From a virus (taxonomy: Duplodnaviria; Caudoviricetes): DNA of 64,000 bases. The translations under genes and the position numbers were made by a program. Within the stretch, counting starts at the first letter, position 1, and each line of letters opens with the position of its first letter. Below, in pieces: positions 19,351 to 29,020 of the stretch. The DNA lies in the IMG/VR virus record IMGVR_UViG_3300033067_000833, positions 1 to 64,000 of that record; one strand, written 5' to 3'. Below the pieces are notes generated by a model. That model worked only from the letters and a program-made list of their open reading frames with translations, made no database searches and was not told where the DNA came from.

Positions 19351-20424
19351 ATGAACAATGACGAAATGAACAAGACTGCCGAACAGCTAGCTCGGTTGAG
19401 AAACCACATGGAGCGCAAACTGCGCCGCCGTGCGGAACGTGCCTTTTTCAAGTACCACTCCGAATTGGAGCGGAGGGAACGCGAGGAAGCCGCCGAGCAA
19501 AAGGCTCACGAGGAAGCCGGTCGCATCTCCCGCGACCAGAAGCTGGCATGGATCTACGCCCGAGCCTCGCACGCGGAAAACTCGGACACCGACTCGATCC
19601 CCGCCCAGATCGACCGCTGCCGGCGCCGCTTCCATGCGTCCTGGGAGTCCCGCGGCTACATGCTCGCCAACATCGAGCCCGACCGGATCACCAGCGCCTC
19701 GAAGATCAACTTCTTCGACCGGACCAACGGCGGGCTGATCGGGCGGCTGGCCCAGGCCGGCGACGTGATCCTGGTGGACAAGATGACGCGGATCTTCCGG
19801 TCCCTGCCCGACTTCGTCATGACCCAAAAGGAACTCGACAACCGTGGCATCCTGATGGAGATTGGGGACTGCGCGTTCTGCTCGGACCCTAACAACCCAT
19901 TCTACCGGGCCATGATCGTGATGATGGCCATGTTCGCCGAGATGGAGTCCGCCCAGACCTCGATGCGGATCAAGCAGGCGTTCGATCGACGGCGAGAGGC
20001 GGGGGCCGACATTATTGGCACGCCTCCATTCGGTGTGGAAATGGTTCGCATCGTCAAGCCCGGCTACGGCGAGAAGCCGCTGAAGTTCCGCCAGTGGCAA
20101 AAGTGGGAGCGGTCAATCATGAACGCGGTCTGCATCAAGGCGGACAAGGAAGGCTGGTCGCAAAAGGAAGTCACCGACTGGCTGAACCTGGTGGTTCTCC
20201 GGGAGAAGAAGATTCCGCACAAGTCGGCCAACTTCAAGTACCCGCTGACCGAGAGCATGGTCCTGCGAATGTATTGGTGGGAGAAGATGTTCCGGCTGTA
20301 CAGCGTGAGCGACGTGAAGCAGACGCGGGGCATGTCCATCAGCAAGGCCGGCTGGATTCACGGCACCTTGGCGCTGCGTTGGGAAGCGATCCAGAAAATC
20401 GGGTGGCTGCCGCTGCCGGAGTGA
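19351..20424 (+). CDS. serine recombinase (resolvase-type catalytic domain)
   Basis: WIYARASH (catalytic Ser), SIPAQ, DKMTRIFRS, MAMFAEMESAQTSMRIK, GTPPFG. Confidence 0.85.
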   Translation: MNNDEMNKTAEQLARLRNHMERKLRRRAERAFFKYHSELERREREEAAEQKAHEEAGRISRDQKLAWIYARASHAENSDTDSIPAQIDRCRRRFHASWESRGYMLANIEPDRITSASKINFFDRTNGGLIGRLAQAGDVILVDKMTRIFRSLPDFVMTQKELDNRGILMEIGDCAFCSDPNNPFYRAMIVMMAMFAEMESAQTSMRIKQAFDRRREAGADIIGTPPFGVEMVRIVKPGYGEKPLKFRQWQKWERSIMNAVCIKADKEGWSQKEVTDWLNLVVLREKKIPHKSANFKYPLTESMVLRMYWWEKMFRLYSVSDVKQTRGMSISKAGWIHGTLALRWEAIQKIGWLPLPE

Positions 20425-20427
20425 ACC

Positions 20428-21273
20428 ATGAATCCGATCCGCGAAGAATGGACGAGCAAGGACGGCCAGCATCGCATCCTGTTGGGTGACTGCCTGGAGA
20501 TCCTGCCGACGCTGGAACCTGGGAGCGTTGACGCTGTCATCACGTCGCCTCCGTACAACCTTGGCGGGAGACCGTGGGACAAACTTGGACACTGGAAGCC
20601 TGGGGACGGCTCTGGAGGCCACTCAAAATGGCGGAATGGGAGCGATGCAAGTGCAGGTATTCAGTACGGCTTGCATGACGACGCTATGCCGTGGAAAGAA
20701 TACGTCGCATGGCAGCAATCAATCGTTCGGGCGTGCTGGGATATTCTCCCCGGCGACGGGGCTATTTTCTACAACCACAAGCCGCGAGTAATTGGCGCAA
20801 AACTGTGGACGCCAATGGAGCTTATACCGCCGGCGGTGATTCTGCGGCAGATCATAATTTGGGCACGACCTGGAGGAATGAACTTTACTCCTACCGCGTT
20901 CGTTCCAACTTACGAATGGATCATGGTTTTGGCTAGGGATTTGTTTCGGCTGAAATCAAAGGGCGTTTCTGGGCTTGGTGACGTTTGGAGAATGACGCCA
21001 GATGACAACGAGCATCCAGCCCCTTTCCCTGTTGAACTTCCGTTGCAAGTGCTCGAAGCCATCAAAGCAAGGACCGTCCTCGACCCCTTCGCCGGTTCTT
21101 GCACCGTCGCTGTGGCCTGCGCGCGGACCGGACGCCGTTCAATCAGCATCGAGATCGAGGAACGCTACTTCCGAATCGGCATCGAGCGGATGGAACGCGA
21201 GGCCAAGCGTCATCCGCTGCTGGAGCCGCCGAAAAAAGTGCAACTTGCTCTTGACACCGGACTCTTGGAATAG
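20428..21273 (+). CDS. DNA amino-methyltransferase (beta class, SPPY)
   Basis: DAVITSPPY, HPAPFP, VLDPFAGSCT. Confidence 0.9.
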   Translation: MNPIREEWTSKDGQHRILLGDCLEILPTLEPGSVDAVITSPPYNLGGRPWDKLGHWKPGDGSGGHSKWRNGSDASAGIQYGLHDDAMPWKEYVAWQQSIVRACWDILPGDGAIFYNHKPRVIGAKLWTPMELIPPAVILRQIIIWARPGGMNFTPTAFVPTYEWIMVLARDLFRLKSKGVSGLGDVWRMTPDDNEHPAPFPVELPLQVLEAIKARTVLDPFAGSCTVAVACARTGRRSISIEIEERYFRIGIERMEREAKRHPLLEPPKKVQLALDTGLLE

Positions 21274-21385
21274 GAACATGACCAATGCTTACTGACCGCC
21301 GCCAAGCCCAGTTTGCAAATCAAGTCCCGCTTGCGCGCTCGGATCTCCTGGCGGCGGTCCCCGACGCGCTTGCGGGCTTTTTGCA

Positions 21386-21814
21386 TTGGACATGGAGATG
21401 GTCGAACCAAAGCTGCGTTGGTCGGGAAACCAAGAAGCTCAAAAGCAGGCAGACGACGCATTTTCAAGGCTTGCTGACAAACCCAAGAAAAAGAAAAACA
21501 AGTCTCAGGCTAGGCGAAAACGAGACAGGGAACGCAGCAAGCAGCGCGGGTATATCAACTATCGCGAGTACATCCCATCTCCAAAGTGGAAGCGCAAGCG
21601 AAAAAAAGCGTTCAAGCACTATGGACGTGTATGCTCTGTCTGCGGTGTGACAGGTGTTACGCTTTACGTCCACCACAAAACATACAGGAACCTCGGGCAT
21701 GAACCGATGGACGACCTGCAAATCCTGTGTGTTCACTGCCACGAAAACGCACATGCTGACAAGATTGCTGAAAGCGATCCAATATCGAAACGGTTTCGTG
21801 AAATGATGGCGTGA
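21386..21814 (+). CDS. HNH endonuclease
   Basis: CSVCG...VHHKTY...LCVHCHENAH. Confidence 0.85.
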   Translation: MDMEMVEPKLRWSGNQEAQKQADDAFSRLADKPKKKKNKSQARRKRDRERSKQRGYINYREYIPSPKWKRKRKKAFKHYGRVCSVCGVTGVTLYVHHKTYRNLGHEPMDDLQILCVHCHENAHADKIAESDPISKRFREMMA

Positions 21815-22254
21815 AGCAGGCAGATGTGGGGCTGGTATCGGGGGACGGCGCCCATGACCCTTTTGCTCAAGCTCATGAAAGGACGCTCGATGAACCGGAT
21901 GCAACGCGACTACCTGACCACTCCGGAGTCCGAATACGAGGAATCCGCCCGCCGGCAGTACCGCCGCGAGACGGCCGCGGACTGGATCGCCATTGTCGGC
22001 TGGATCCTGTTGATCGCGGCGGCCGTGACGTTCGGCATCTGGATCGACTGGTCCTGGTTCAAGCCAGAGTGGTGACGAGGCTTTCCCCGTTTGGCTTTGA
22101 GCAGGCGCTTTCGCTCGGCGGGGAAAAGGGCTGCTTCCGGCCCACAACCATGCCCACGGCGTTCGACTTGGTGCCGGGCGCCGGCGGGAACGAGGAAGCC
22201 CCGAACCGGGTGTGGGGAGACAACGCCCGGTGTCACAGCGAATCTCCCGTTGGG

Positions 22255-22303
22255 GGCCGCCGGCTTGGGTTTTGATCCTTTTCCCGGCCGGCGGCCTTTT
22301 TTT
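22255..22303 (+). terminator. intrinsic terminator
   Basis: GGCCGCCGGC / GCCGGCGGCC stem followed by T7. Confidence 0.6.
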
Positions 22304-22505
22304 CAGGCCACCTACCATGACCCAATCCCTACTGGCCTTCGCCGACGACCTGGAAGCCGACCGGGTTGGCGTCGAGTGGGCGATCCAATGCTCCAAGTCG
22401 CTGGACGAACTGGAGCGGCTGCGGGATCCGGCCGAAGAACTGGGGCTGGTGGGAGCGTGGCGGCGGAGACGGAAGGAACTTCAATCACAGGAAGGGAACA
22501 GGCCA

Positions 22506-22885
22506 TGAGTGAAATCGTTCAGATGCTGCGGTCGATTCAGTCAGTCCACAAAGACTGCTCGCCTGTCCTATCTAAAGCGTGCAGATCTGCCGCCGACGAG
22601 ATCGACCGGCTACAGGCGATCGTGGACCGCCTGCCGAAAACGGCGGATGGTATTCCAGTTACGCCTGGAATGAAGGTCTGGCATTGTGCGAATCGCCACT
22701 ACGGTCCACACGCTGGAAAACTGTTTGAGAGCGAAGGCATCGACGCGCGTATGCCGTCGCCGTACTGCCTTGGAGAGCATTGCTATTCCGACGGATGCCA
22801 AGGTGACGATGGCGGCGGTCGAACTTGGCGGTTTGAGGACTGCTACTCCACCCGCCAAGCCGCCGAGAAAGCGAGGACCGCATGA
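22506..22885 (+). CDS. hypothetical phage protein
   Basis: RBS GGGA before MSEIVQ; LPKTADGIPVTPGM pattern. Confidence 0.55.
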
Positions 22886-23343
22886 GAACGCTAGAGCAGC
22901 TTGAATCACGGCTGATGCCATGCACGCCGCTGAACGTGCTTGCCATCATCCAGTCCGTGAACGCCGGCCAGTACTCCGAGCAGGCCGACATCGACCAGAA
23001 CGGAGTCGTCGAACCGATGGACGCCCTCCTGGCGATCAACGAGGCGAACCGGATGGCGTCTAGCAACCCGCAGCCGCTGGTTCTTCACCCGCATCCGGGC
23101 GGTAAGACGAGCCTGTGGTTCAGCCCATGCGGGAACGAGTACGACGTGACGCTGCTGGCACGCAACGCGGTTGACGCATCCACCGTGGCCGTGCGGGTCG
23201 GAACCACCATCTACCCGCCGACGGCTACCGGGACGTTCGGTGATTACCAGCGATGGGAGTTCTCGATCCAGGGCCGTGGCGTGGAATATCTGACGGTCCT
23301 GGGCGAGTTCACGGACGATCTCCTCACCGTCATCATCGGCTAA
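22882..23343 (+). CDS. Planctomycete extracellular-signature plus dockerin-like protein
   Basis: LEQLESRLM at N-terminus; DIDQNGVVEPMDALLAINEAN dockerin-type repeat. Confidence 0.7.
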   Translation: MRTLEQLESRLMPCTPLNVLAIIQSVNAGQYSEQADIDQNGVVEPMDALLAINEANRMASSNPQPLVLHPHPGGKTSLWFSPCGNEYDVTLLARNAVDASTVAVRVGTTIYPPTATGTFGDYQRWEFSIQGRGVEYLTVLGEFTDDLLTVIIG

Positions 23344-23362
23344 CCAGGAAAGCGAGGAAAGC

Positions 23363-23773
23363 ATGGCAATCTACTGCAACAACCCGCAGTGCCGCGGCGT
23401 CCTGAACGAACGCACCCCCTCCCGCTGCCCCGAATGTGGCGTCGCGACCGGGGCCGAGCCGCGAAACCGGATCGACTTGCTCGAAGCGATCCCGCCCTAC
23501 TCGACAGATCGGCCGCCTCCATCCGCCGAGGCTCAGGCCGCGAGCCAGGAGGTTCTGGCCGTCATGGAGGACAAGCTGGCTGATCTGCGACCGGCAGTGC
23601 GCGTCGGAAGGATCCAGCCATGCGAAATGATCATGGCCATCGGCCAGTGGCTGCAGTTCGGCGAGGACATGTTCAACGACGGGCACCAGCAGGGCTACTT
23701 CTGCGGCGACGGGTGGGCGGCCCGAGCACTCCGGGCGGCCCGGGATTTCATCGAAAAAGCAGATCGCGCTTGA
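23363..23773 (+). CDS. zinc-ribbon protein
   Basis: CNNPQC...CPECG. Confidence 0.6.
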   Translation: MAIYCNNPQCRGVLNERTPSRCPECGVATGAEPRNRIDLLEAIPPYSTDRPPPSAEAQAASQEVLAVMEDKLADLRPAVRVGRIQPCEMIMAIGQWLQFGEDMFNDGHQQGYFCGDGWAARALRAARDFIEKADRA

Positions 23774-23798
23774 CTCTCGCCTCCCCTGCGCGTATATT
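23770..23798 (+). promoter_or_regulatory. sigma70-type promoter
   Basis: TTGACT-N17-TATATT. Confidence 0.7.
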
Positions 23799-23857
23799 AC
23801 TTGTGACGGACAACTTTGTCCGGCAAGTGCGATTCGAGGCGCCGTGGGGGTTGAGCC

Positions 23858-24316
23858 ATGACATCACCGATCACCGAGCAAGCACGTCAAGTTCGCCCCA
23901 CAGCGACTCAAGAAAGCCCCGCTGGCCTCGAAACCTCGCGGGGCTTTTCTACGCGCCAACCAAAGCCAGCCAAGCCGCAAGTCACCGTCTGCCCGAAGTG
24001 CGGCGTCTGCTACGTCGCCGGCAAGGCCCCATCTGCTCACGATCCGTGCCCTACGTGCCGCGTGAGATACAAGACAGAGCACGATAAAGGAGTGGCTTTC
24101 AGGACGATGCGGAAGCTGTTCTACGAGTTCGACGAGGACGGCTTCAACCCGACTTGCGCGCTCGCCTTGGCCGCGGACGGCACGATCATGCAGGCTTGGC
24201 ACCACCGGGACCGCAAGGAGTTCCGCTGGAAGCCACTCCCGGCCTTCGACTCCCAACTCCTCCACCAGGCCCCAAACATTGCCGGCCCCAACCAAGTCCC
24301 GCCCGCTCCCGGGTAG
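23858..24316 (+). CDS. zinc-ribbon protein
   Basis: CPKCG...CPTC. Confidence 0.55.
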   Translation: MTSPITEQARQVRPTATQESPAGLETSRGFSTRQPKPAKPQVTVCPKCGVCYVAGKAPSAHDPCPTCRVRYKTEHDKGVAFRTMRKLFYEFDEDGFNPTCALALAADGTIMQAWHHRDRKEFRWKPLPAFDSQLLHQAPNIAGPNQVPPAPG

Positions 24317-24638
24317 GCCAAGACCGGCAATGCCACGCGACCGCGAAGAAACCTGGACCGGCTCCGAGCAACAGCGGCAGCCCCAGCGACCCTGCTCGGC
24401 CAACGGGTACACTCCATGCCGCCGGCCCCCGCGGTACGCCATCCCGGCAGGCACTCCCGTCCACGTCCGGCCGCTTTCCGGCCCCGGCCGCCGCTCCTGG
24501 CGGTCCTACACCACCCAACGCGACCTCGCATTCGACCATCCTCACCACCGGATCGGACGTCTCGAAGTCGTTTTCCACGAAGCCGGCTACGCCATCCGCC
24601 TCCCAGAACACCTTTGCATCCAGTGAAGGACGCAGCCC

Positions 24639-25364
24639 ATGTGTACCTCAGCCCCATTCATGACCTTTTTCTCCAGAAGCAACCAGTCCGGGTACACCTG
24701 GCAGCCCGACTGCAACAGCTGGACCTGCCCCGACTGCCGCCCAGGACTGGAGAAAGCCTGGGCCGAGCACGCGTCGAACGTGTTCCAGACCTGCCCGTCC
24801 GGAATCGGCTACTCGTGCGTCCGGGCCGACCGGATCGCAGCCACCATGAAGCAACTCACTCGCGCCGGCACCCAGTACCTCCGCGTCCGCGGCCACGGCA
24901 TCTTCCACGTCTACACCGCCAACCCGGACCTGGGCCAGAAGAAGCTCACCCAGCAGCAGGCCACCGACCTGATCACCGAGCACTTGGCCCTCGCCCCGTC
25001 CCGAGACGGCCACGTCATCAGCACCTCCCGAGCGTGGCGCCGGGCCTCAACAGCCCCGGTGACCACCGAACCGTCCGACCTCAAGTGCATCGCCACCCGC
25101 GTCGGCCCAGAAGCCGTCCGCAGGATCCTCGATCACCTCGGCCAGACCTGCAGCTTCTCCGGCCAAACACTCTCCTTCCGCCTCGACTCCCAGGAAACCA
25201 CCCAATCCTTCCTGCTCGCCGTCCAGGCCGAACGCTCCCTCTGTCCGAAAATCCCTTCCTACACCAAGAAGAGAAAGGAAATCTCGGACAGACAGCCACA
25301 GGCAGCCATTGGCGGCCACTGGTTCCCACCCAATCCCGCCTTCGCAGCCCTCCGATCACCGTAG
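24639..25364 (+). CDS. hypothetical protein with CxSWxCPxC motif
   Basis: DCNSWTCPDCR; strong C-ending codon bias. Confidence 0.55.
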   Translation: MCTSAPFMTFFSRSNQSGYTWQPDCNSWTCPDCRPGLEKAWAEHASNVFQTCPSGIGYSCVRADRIAATMKQLTRAGTQYLRVRGHGIFHVYTANPDLGQKKLTQQQATDLITEHLALAPSRDGHVISTSRAWRRASTAPVTTEPSDLKCIATRVGPEAVRRILDHLGQTCSFSGQTLSFRLDSQETTQSFLLAVQAERSLCPKIPSYTKKRKEISDRQPQAAIGGHWFPPNPAFAALRSP

Positions 25365-25965
25365 GGCAACCCACTGGACACCCTGTCCAAGCCCCGCAGC
25401 TTGACTCTCAGCAACCTCAGAACGGTCGCTGTACGTACCTATCTTGCCAATCTTACCAGGTGGTAAAATGGGAAAAATTAGGGGGGAGGGAATATACATC
25501 CATGCGGTCGGGCCTGGGGGGCAGTCGGGGGATATCTTTGTCCTTTGTTGTAAACCGTTGTCGGCACGCGGGTTAGATCGACTAGCCCCAGCTGGAGCCC
25601 CCGGATGCTGCGAATTGGACGTAATCATCTTGAATTCCCTGTCATCATTTTGACGACACTTTACCCGATACTGTATGGCTGGAACGTACACTGATTGGAC
25701 AGTTGGTTCGATGTTGCGCCACCTGGCTGAGCATGCTTGCCGGCTTGTCGTGCCCTACATGCATCCATTCGGGCCGCGAACACGGCGGGCATACCCTGCC
25801 CTATCGTGTCCAGGGCGAAGCCCCGCATGCGTGCTTTGCTCATGCTTGCCGGATCTACCCGGTTCCGGCTGCCAGGATCGCGTCTGGCGCTCGTTGTCGA
25901 GGAGTCGGCTCCGAGTCCCCATGATCGGCAGGAGCCGTTAGACGGCATCCTAGTGCCAAGAAACG

Positions 25966-26002
25966 AAAAAAGCCCCATGAGGCTTGAACCCCATGAGGCT
26001 TT
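25966..26002 (-). terminator. intrinsic terminator built from a direct repeat
   Basis: CCCCATGAGGCTT occurs twice; on the minus strand it folds into a 13-bp stem followed by a T-tract, just after gene 26024-26545. Confidence 0.7.
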
Positions 26003-26023
26003 GACGGTTCGGCGTGTTGTCGG

Positions 26024-26545
26024 CTACTTCTTGGTTCGGCCGGCGAGCGGCGCGGTGGCGACCAGCGAGTTCGCCACGGTCGCGCCCGAATTGCCGTTGT
26101 CGGTCGGCTGCGGCTTGACGGCGGGCGCGGTCGGGAACTTGGTCAATCCGCTGTCCTTGAGGAAAGCCCGAATGTCGTTCAAAAGCCCATCGTTCGCCAA
26201 CAGGCAGCGGAACAAATCCGGGTCAACATTCAAGCAGCCGACGTACTCCTTGCTCTTGTCCGCGCTGTAGCACTTGAAGGACGGGTCACGGATGAACAGC
26301 CCCCCGGCGTTGTTCGCTTTGATCGTCCGGCCGTTGCTTGCCTTGGCGGCCGCTTTGGCTGCAGCGGCTTCTTTCTCGGCGGCTTCTTTGGCTGCAGCGG
26401 CTTCGGCAATGCGCGTCTGCACAATGGTTATTGCGTAGGTCGCGCACTCCGGAGATACGGTCGCGTCTCGCAACAGTCCGAGCAACTCTTCGTTGCTCAT
26501 GCCGTTCATTACCTCTTGTCCGATTGTCTTTAGCTCTTGTGCCAT
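26024..26545 (-). CDS. hypothetical protein with Ala/Lys-rich linker
   Basis: EAAAAKEAAEKEAAAAKAAAKA; RBS upstream and terminator downstream. Confidence 0.65.
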   Translation of the reverse strand: MAQELKTIGQEVMNGMSNEELLGLLRDATVSPECATYAITIVQTRIAEAAAAKEAAEKEAAAAKAAAKASNGRTIKANNAGGLFIRDPSFKCYSADKSKEYVGCLNVDPDLFRCLLANDGLLNDIRAFLKDSGLTKFPTAPAVKPQPTDNGNSGATVANSLVATAPLAGRTKK

Positions 26546-26569
26546 GATACGATTCTCCCGTTCTAGGAA

Positions 26570-27517
26570 CTACTGAACATGCCGACGGAACATACCATCG
26601 GCGTCATACTCTCTGCGAATCACCGGGGCCGATATCATCGTCCCGTGTTTCTTGCTCTCGAAAAACCAACGCCGTCCTTCACTGAGCCCCCTGCGCTCTC
26701 GGCGTTTCAATGCCACTTGCTCCAATTCGTCGCGTGAACGTTTACCGGCGTGCGGATCTGCAAACCGTAGAAAGTTGTTGGGTTCATGCCCAAGCCCGAA
26801 TGCAACTGCCCATAAGCCGGCCGGCTTCGGTTCTGCCCTATCGTTCCATGTTCTGATCGGCATACCCGGATACCATGAGAGCGGAGATTGCCGTTTCTCA
26901 TGGCAGGGGACAAACCACGTTTGGAACCGTGGCAAGAACGTTTCCGCTCTCCTCTTGCCTATCGGAGCAGGGGACCGTTCCGCGCTCTTGCTCCGTCGGT
27001 ATTCCGTCAAGTCGGAAACGTACTCCCCCCTGCCCACAATGCTATCGGGCAGCGAGTAGAGCGCGTCGAGGATTGGAGCCCACAATACGCTATCGCCTAA
27101 CATGCGACGGATTGCTTTCCGCGCACGGTCCGCGCTTGCCAAGCCGATCTGCAATTCGCCAGCAATGTCTCGCATCGAGTACCCGGCCGCAAGTCTCTCG
27201 GCAACTTGCTTCTCCCGTTCAGGCAATCTTGCGAGCAGCTTATCCCATGCCGCAAGATCGTCCGCGCTCGCAGACCGGACGGAACGGCGGGCGTGCTGGA
27301 GTTCTCGCCGTAGTTCGGTGTCCTCAACCGGGGCGGGGGATTCTGTCCTGTCACGCAACCAGTCTGCAAGTGACCATCGGACAGCCGATATCGCGTGTTC
27401 GGTGCCAGTCGCAACCCTCACAAGCGATGCCGAGATTACCTCTTGCCGATCGGCGTGCGATAGGTCTTTTGCGAGTCGATGAACGATACTCGCAACACAG
27501 GTGATTGGGTCTTCCAT
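26570..27517 (-). CDS. sigma70 region-4 / ECF-like HTH protein
   Basis: LARLPEREKQVAERLAAGYSMRDIAGELQIGLASADRARKAIRRML. Confidence 0.65.
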   Translation of the reverse strand: MEDPITCVASIVHRLAKDLSHADRQEVISASLVRVATGTEHAISAVRWSLADWLRDRTESPAPVEDTELRRELQHARRSVRSASADDLAAWDKLLARLPEREKQVAERLAAGYSMRDIAGELQIGLASADRARKAIRRMLGDSVLWAPILDALYSLPDSIVGRGEYVSDLTEYRRSKSAERSPAPIGKRRAETFLPRFQTWFVPCHEKRQSPLSWYPGMPIRTWNDRAEPKPAGLWAVAFGLGHEPNNFLRFADPHAGKRSRDELEQVALKRRERRGLSEGRRWFFESKKHGTMISAPVIRREYDADGMFRRHVQ

Positions 27518-27557
27518 TGTGCAAATCTCCGTTAGGGTGTTGGCTAGACTGCCCTAA

Positions 27558-27585
27558 ATCTTAACGTCGGCATTATCCTTGTCAA
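27558..27585 (-). promoter_or_regulatory. sigma70-type promoter for the leftward unit
   Basis: TTGACA-N16-TAAGAT on the minus strand. Confidence 0.65.
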
Positions 27586-28328
27586 GCGTGAATCTGCCGT
27601 CTCGCAAGTCGAAGCGGCGGAGCGTTCCGTTGCCCCGATTGCCGGCGGCGCGGACCGGCCGCGCCGAGCCCCTTTCCCGCTATGGGATAGGGTTATCCAT
27701 TAACCAGGCGGCTCCCATCCGGGTATTGCCGCCAGCATCCAAGGGAGATTGTCATGTCATGTCCCCGCCAGCAGAAACCCATCGTCGTACATGCCTCTGT
27801 GTGGAAGCCTACAAAGTGGTTCCGCATCGCAGGCACCACCCACCATGTCAAGTACATCCGGGACGCCAAGGACATCCTGGACAAAGCCGGAAGGACGCTG
27901 ATCGTCAAGTTCCCGTAGAGGATTGGACCACTGACGCCCTACTGTCCCACTTGGTGGATGTGTACGGGCCGTCAGTCGTGTTCCCCAATGATGCCGACGC
28001 TGTCATGGATACTGCCTTGGCAGCGTTGGCCGCCTATGTTTGAGTGTTCAGTTGTGACCGCCAGAAGGAGACCTGTCATGCGAATTAACCCCAAGATCAA
28101 GGCCAGTACGTTTGCAAGTGACTTGGAAGGCAGCCTGCTCACCTTCCCAGTCCGCAAGAGTGGTGACGATGGACACGAGATGATTGTCCTTAACGAGTGG
28201 TCCGCTGATATGGACCATGCCAAGCGGCGCGTGAACTGGGCCGCTACCAACATCCCGTCGTGGAATGACGCCAATCCCGTGGTCCGGTACACCCAAGTCA
28301 AACTGATCGCCATCGAGCAGTAGCCACC

Positions 28329-28388
28329 CCCTGTCGGCACCCCGCACCGCTGTCTGGCGGTGCGCGCCAAGTTCGACTCCCGGCAGGG
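28329..28388 (+). ncRNA. closed hairpin element with T-loop-like GTTCGACT
   Basis: CCTGTCGG/CCGGCAGG outer stem, CGCACCGC/GCGGTGCG inner stem. Confidence 0.4.
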
Positions 28389-28864
28389 TCCTTTGTCCGA
28401 TCCCCTTGGCCGCCAGCGCGGCTGACACGGGGGATTCCCTGCGCGCTCGGCGTGGCCGCCAGCGGAACCGGCGCGGAACGGCCGCCCGCTCCGATTGCGG
28501 CGGGACTCCGGCCGCGGTGGCCGGCGTTGCCGCCAGAAGCGAATCAGGTTTACTGACGGGACTTTTGCGGCGAAATAGGCAAGCCGGTCCGAAGCCCGGC
28601 TAACCAACCCCAACCGCCCCGACGGGGCAGGAGTGAACGATGACGACCTGCACAATGACGACGGAGAAGGCCCTGCGAGAACTGGGACTTCGAGATGGAG
28701 TGGAATATCATCTCGACAACCAGCACGTCAACGGTCAGCGGTTATGGTGGCTGAATCCGCAGGGGTTGACGGTTGAGATGGCTGTCAGCGATCTGCCGCT
28801 CTATCTGTACGAGCGGCTGGGCGTCGAAATCGAGGACTAGCAACCAGCCCTGTACCGCGTGAAA

Positions 28865-28904
28865 GCCAAGCGGGTGTAACACGGTTCCGACCCGTGGCGG
28901 GGCA
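28865..28904 (+). ncRNA. degenerate armless tRNA-like minihelix
   Basis: GCCAAGC-GGGTGTAA-CACGG TTCCGAC CCGTG-GCGGGGC. Confidence 0.45.
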
Positions 28905-29020
28905 CTTTCAAGCAAGCATGTCGTTCGATTCAGCGGCATGTCGATGTGTCCCAGTGATCCGGGCGTGGTGCGTTGCCACGCCCGGCGCTGGGTTTCAAGT
29001 TGTGCAAGGGAGATCGTGTC

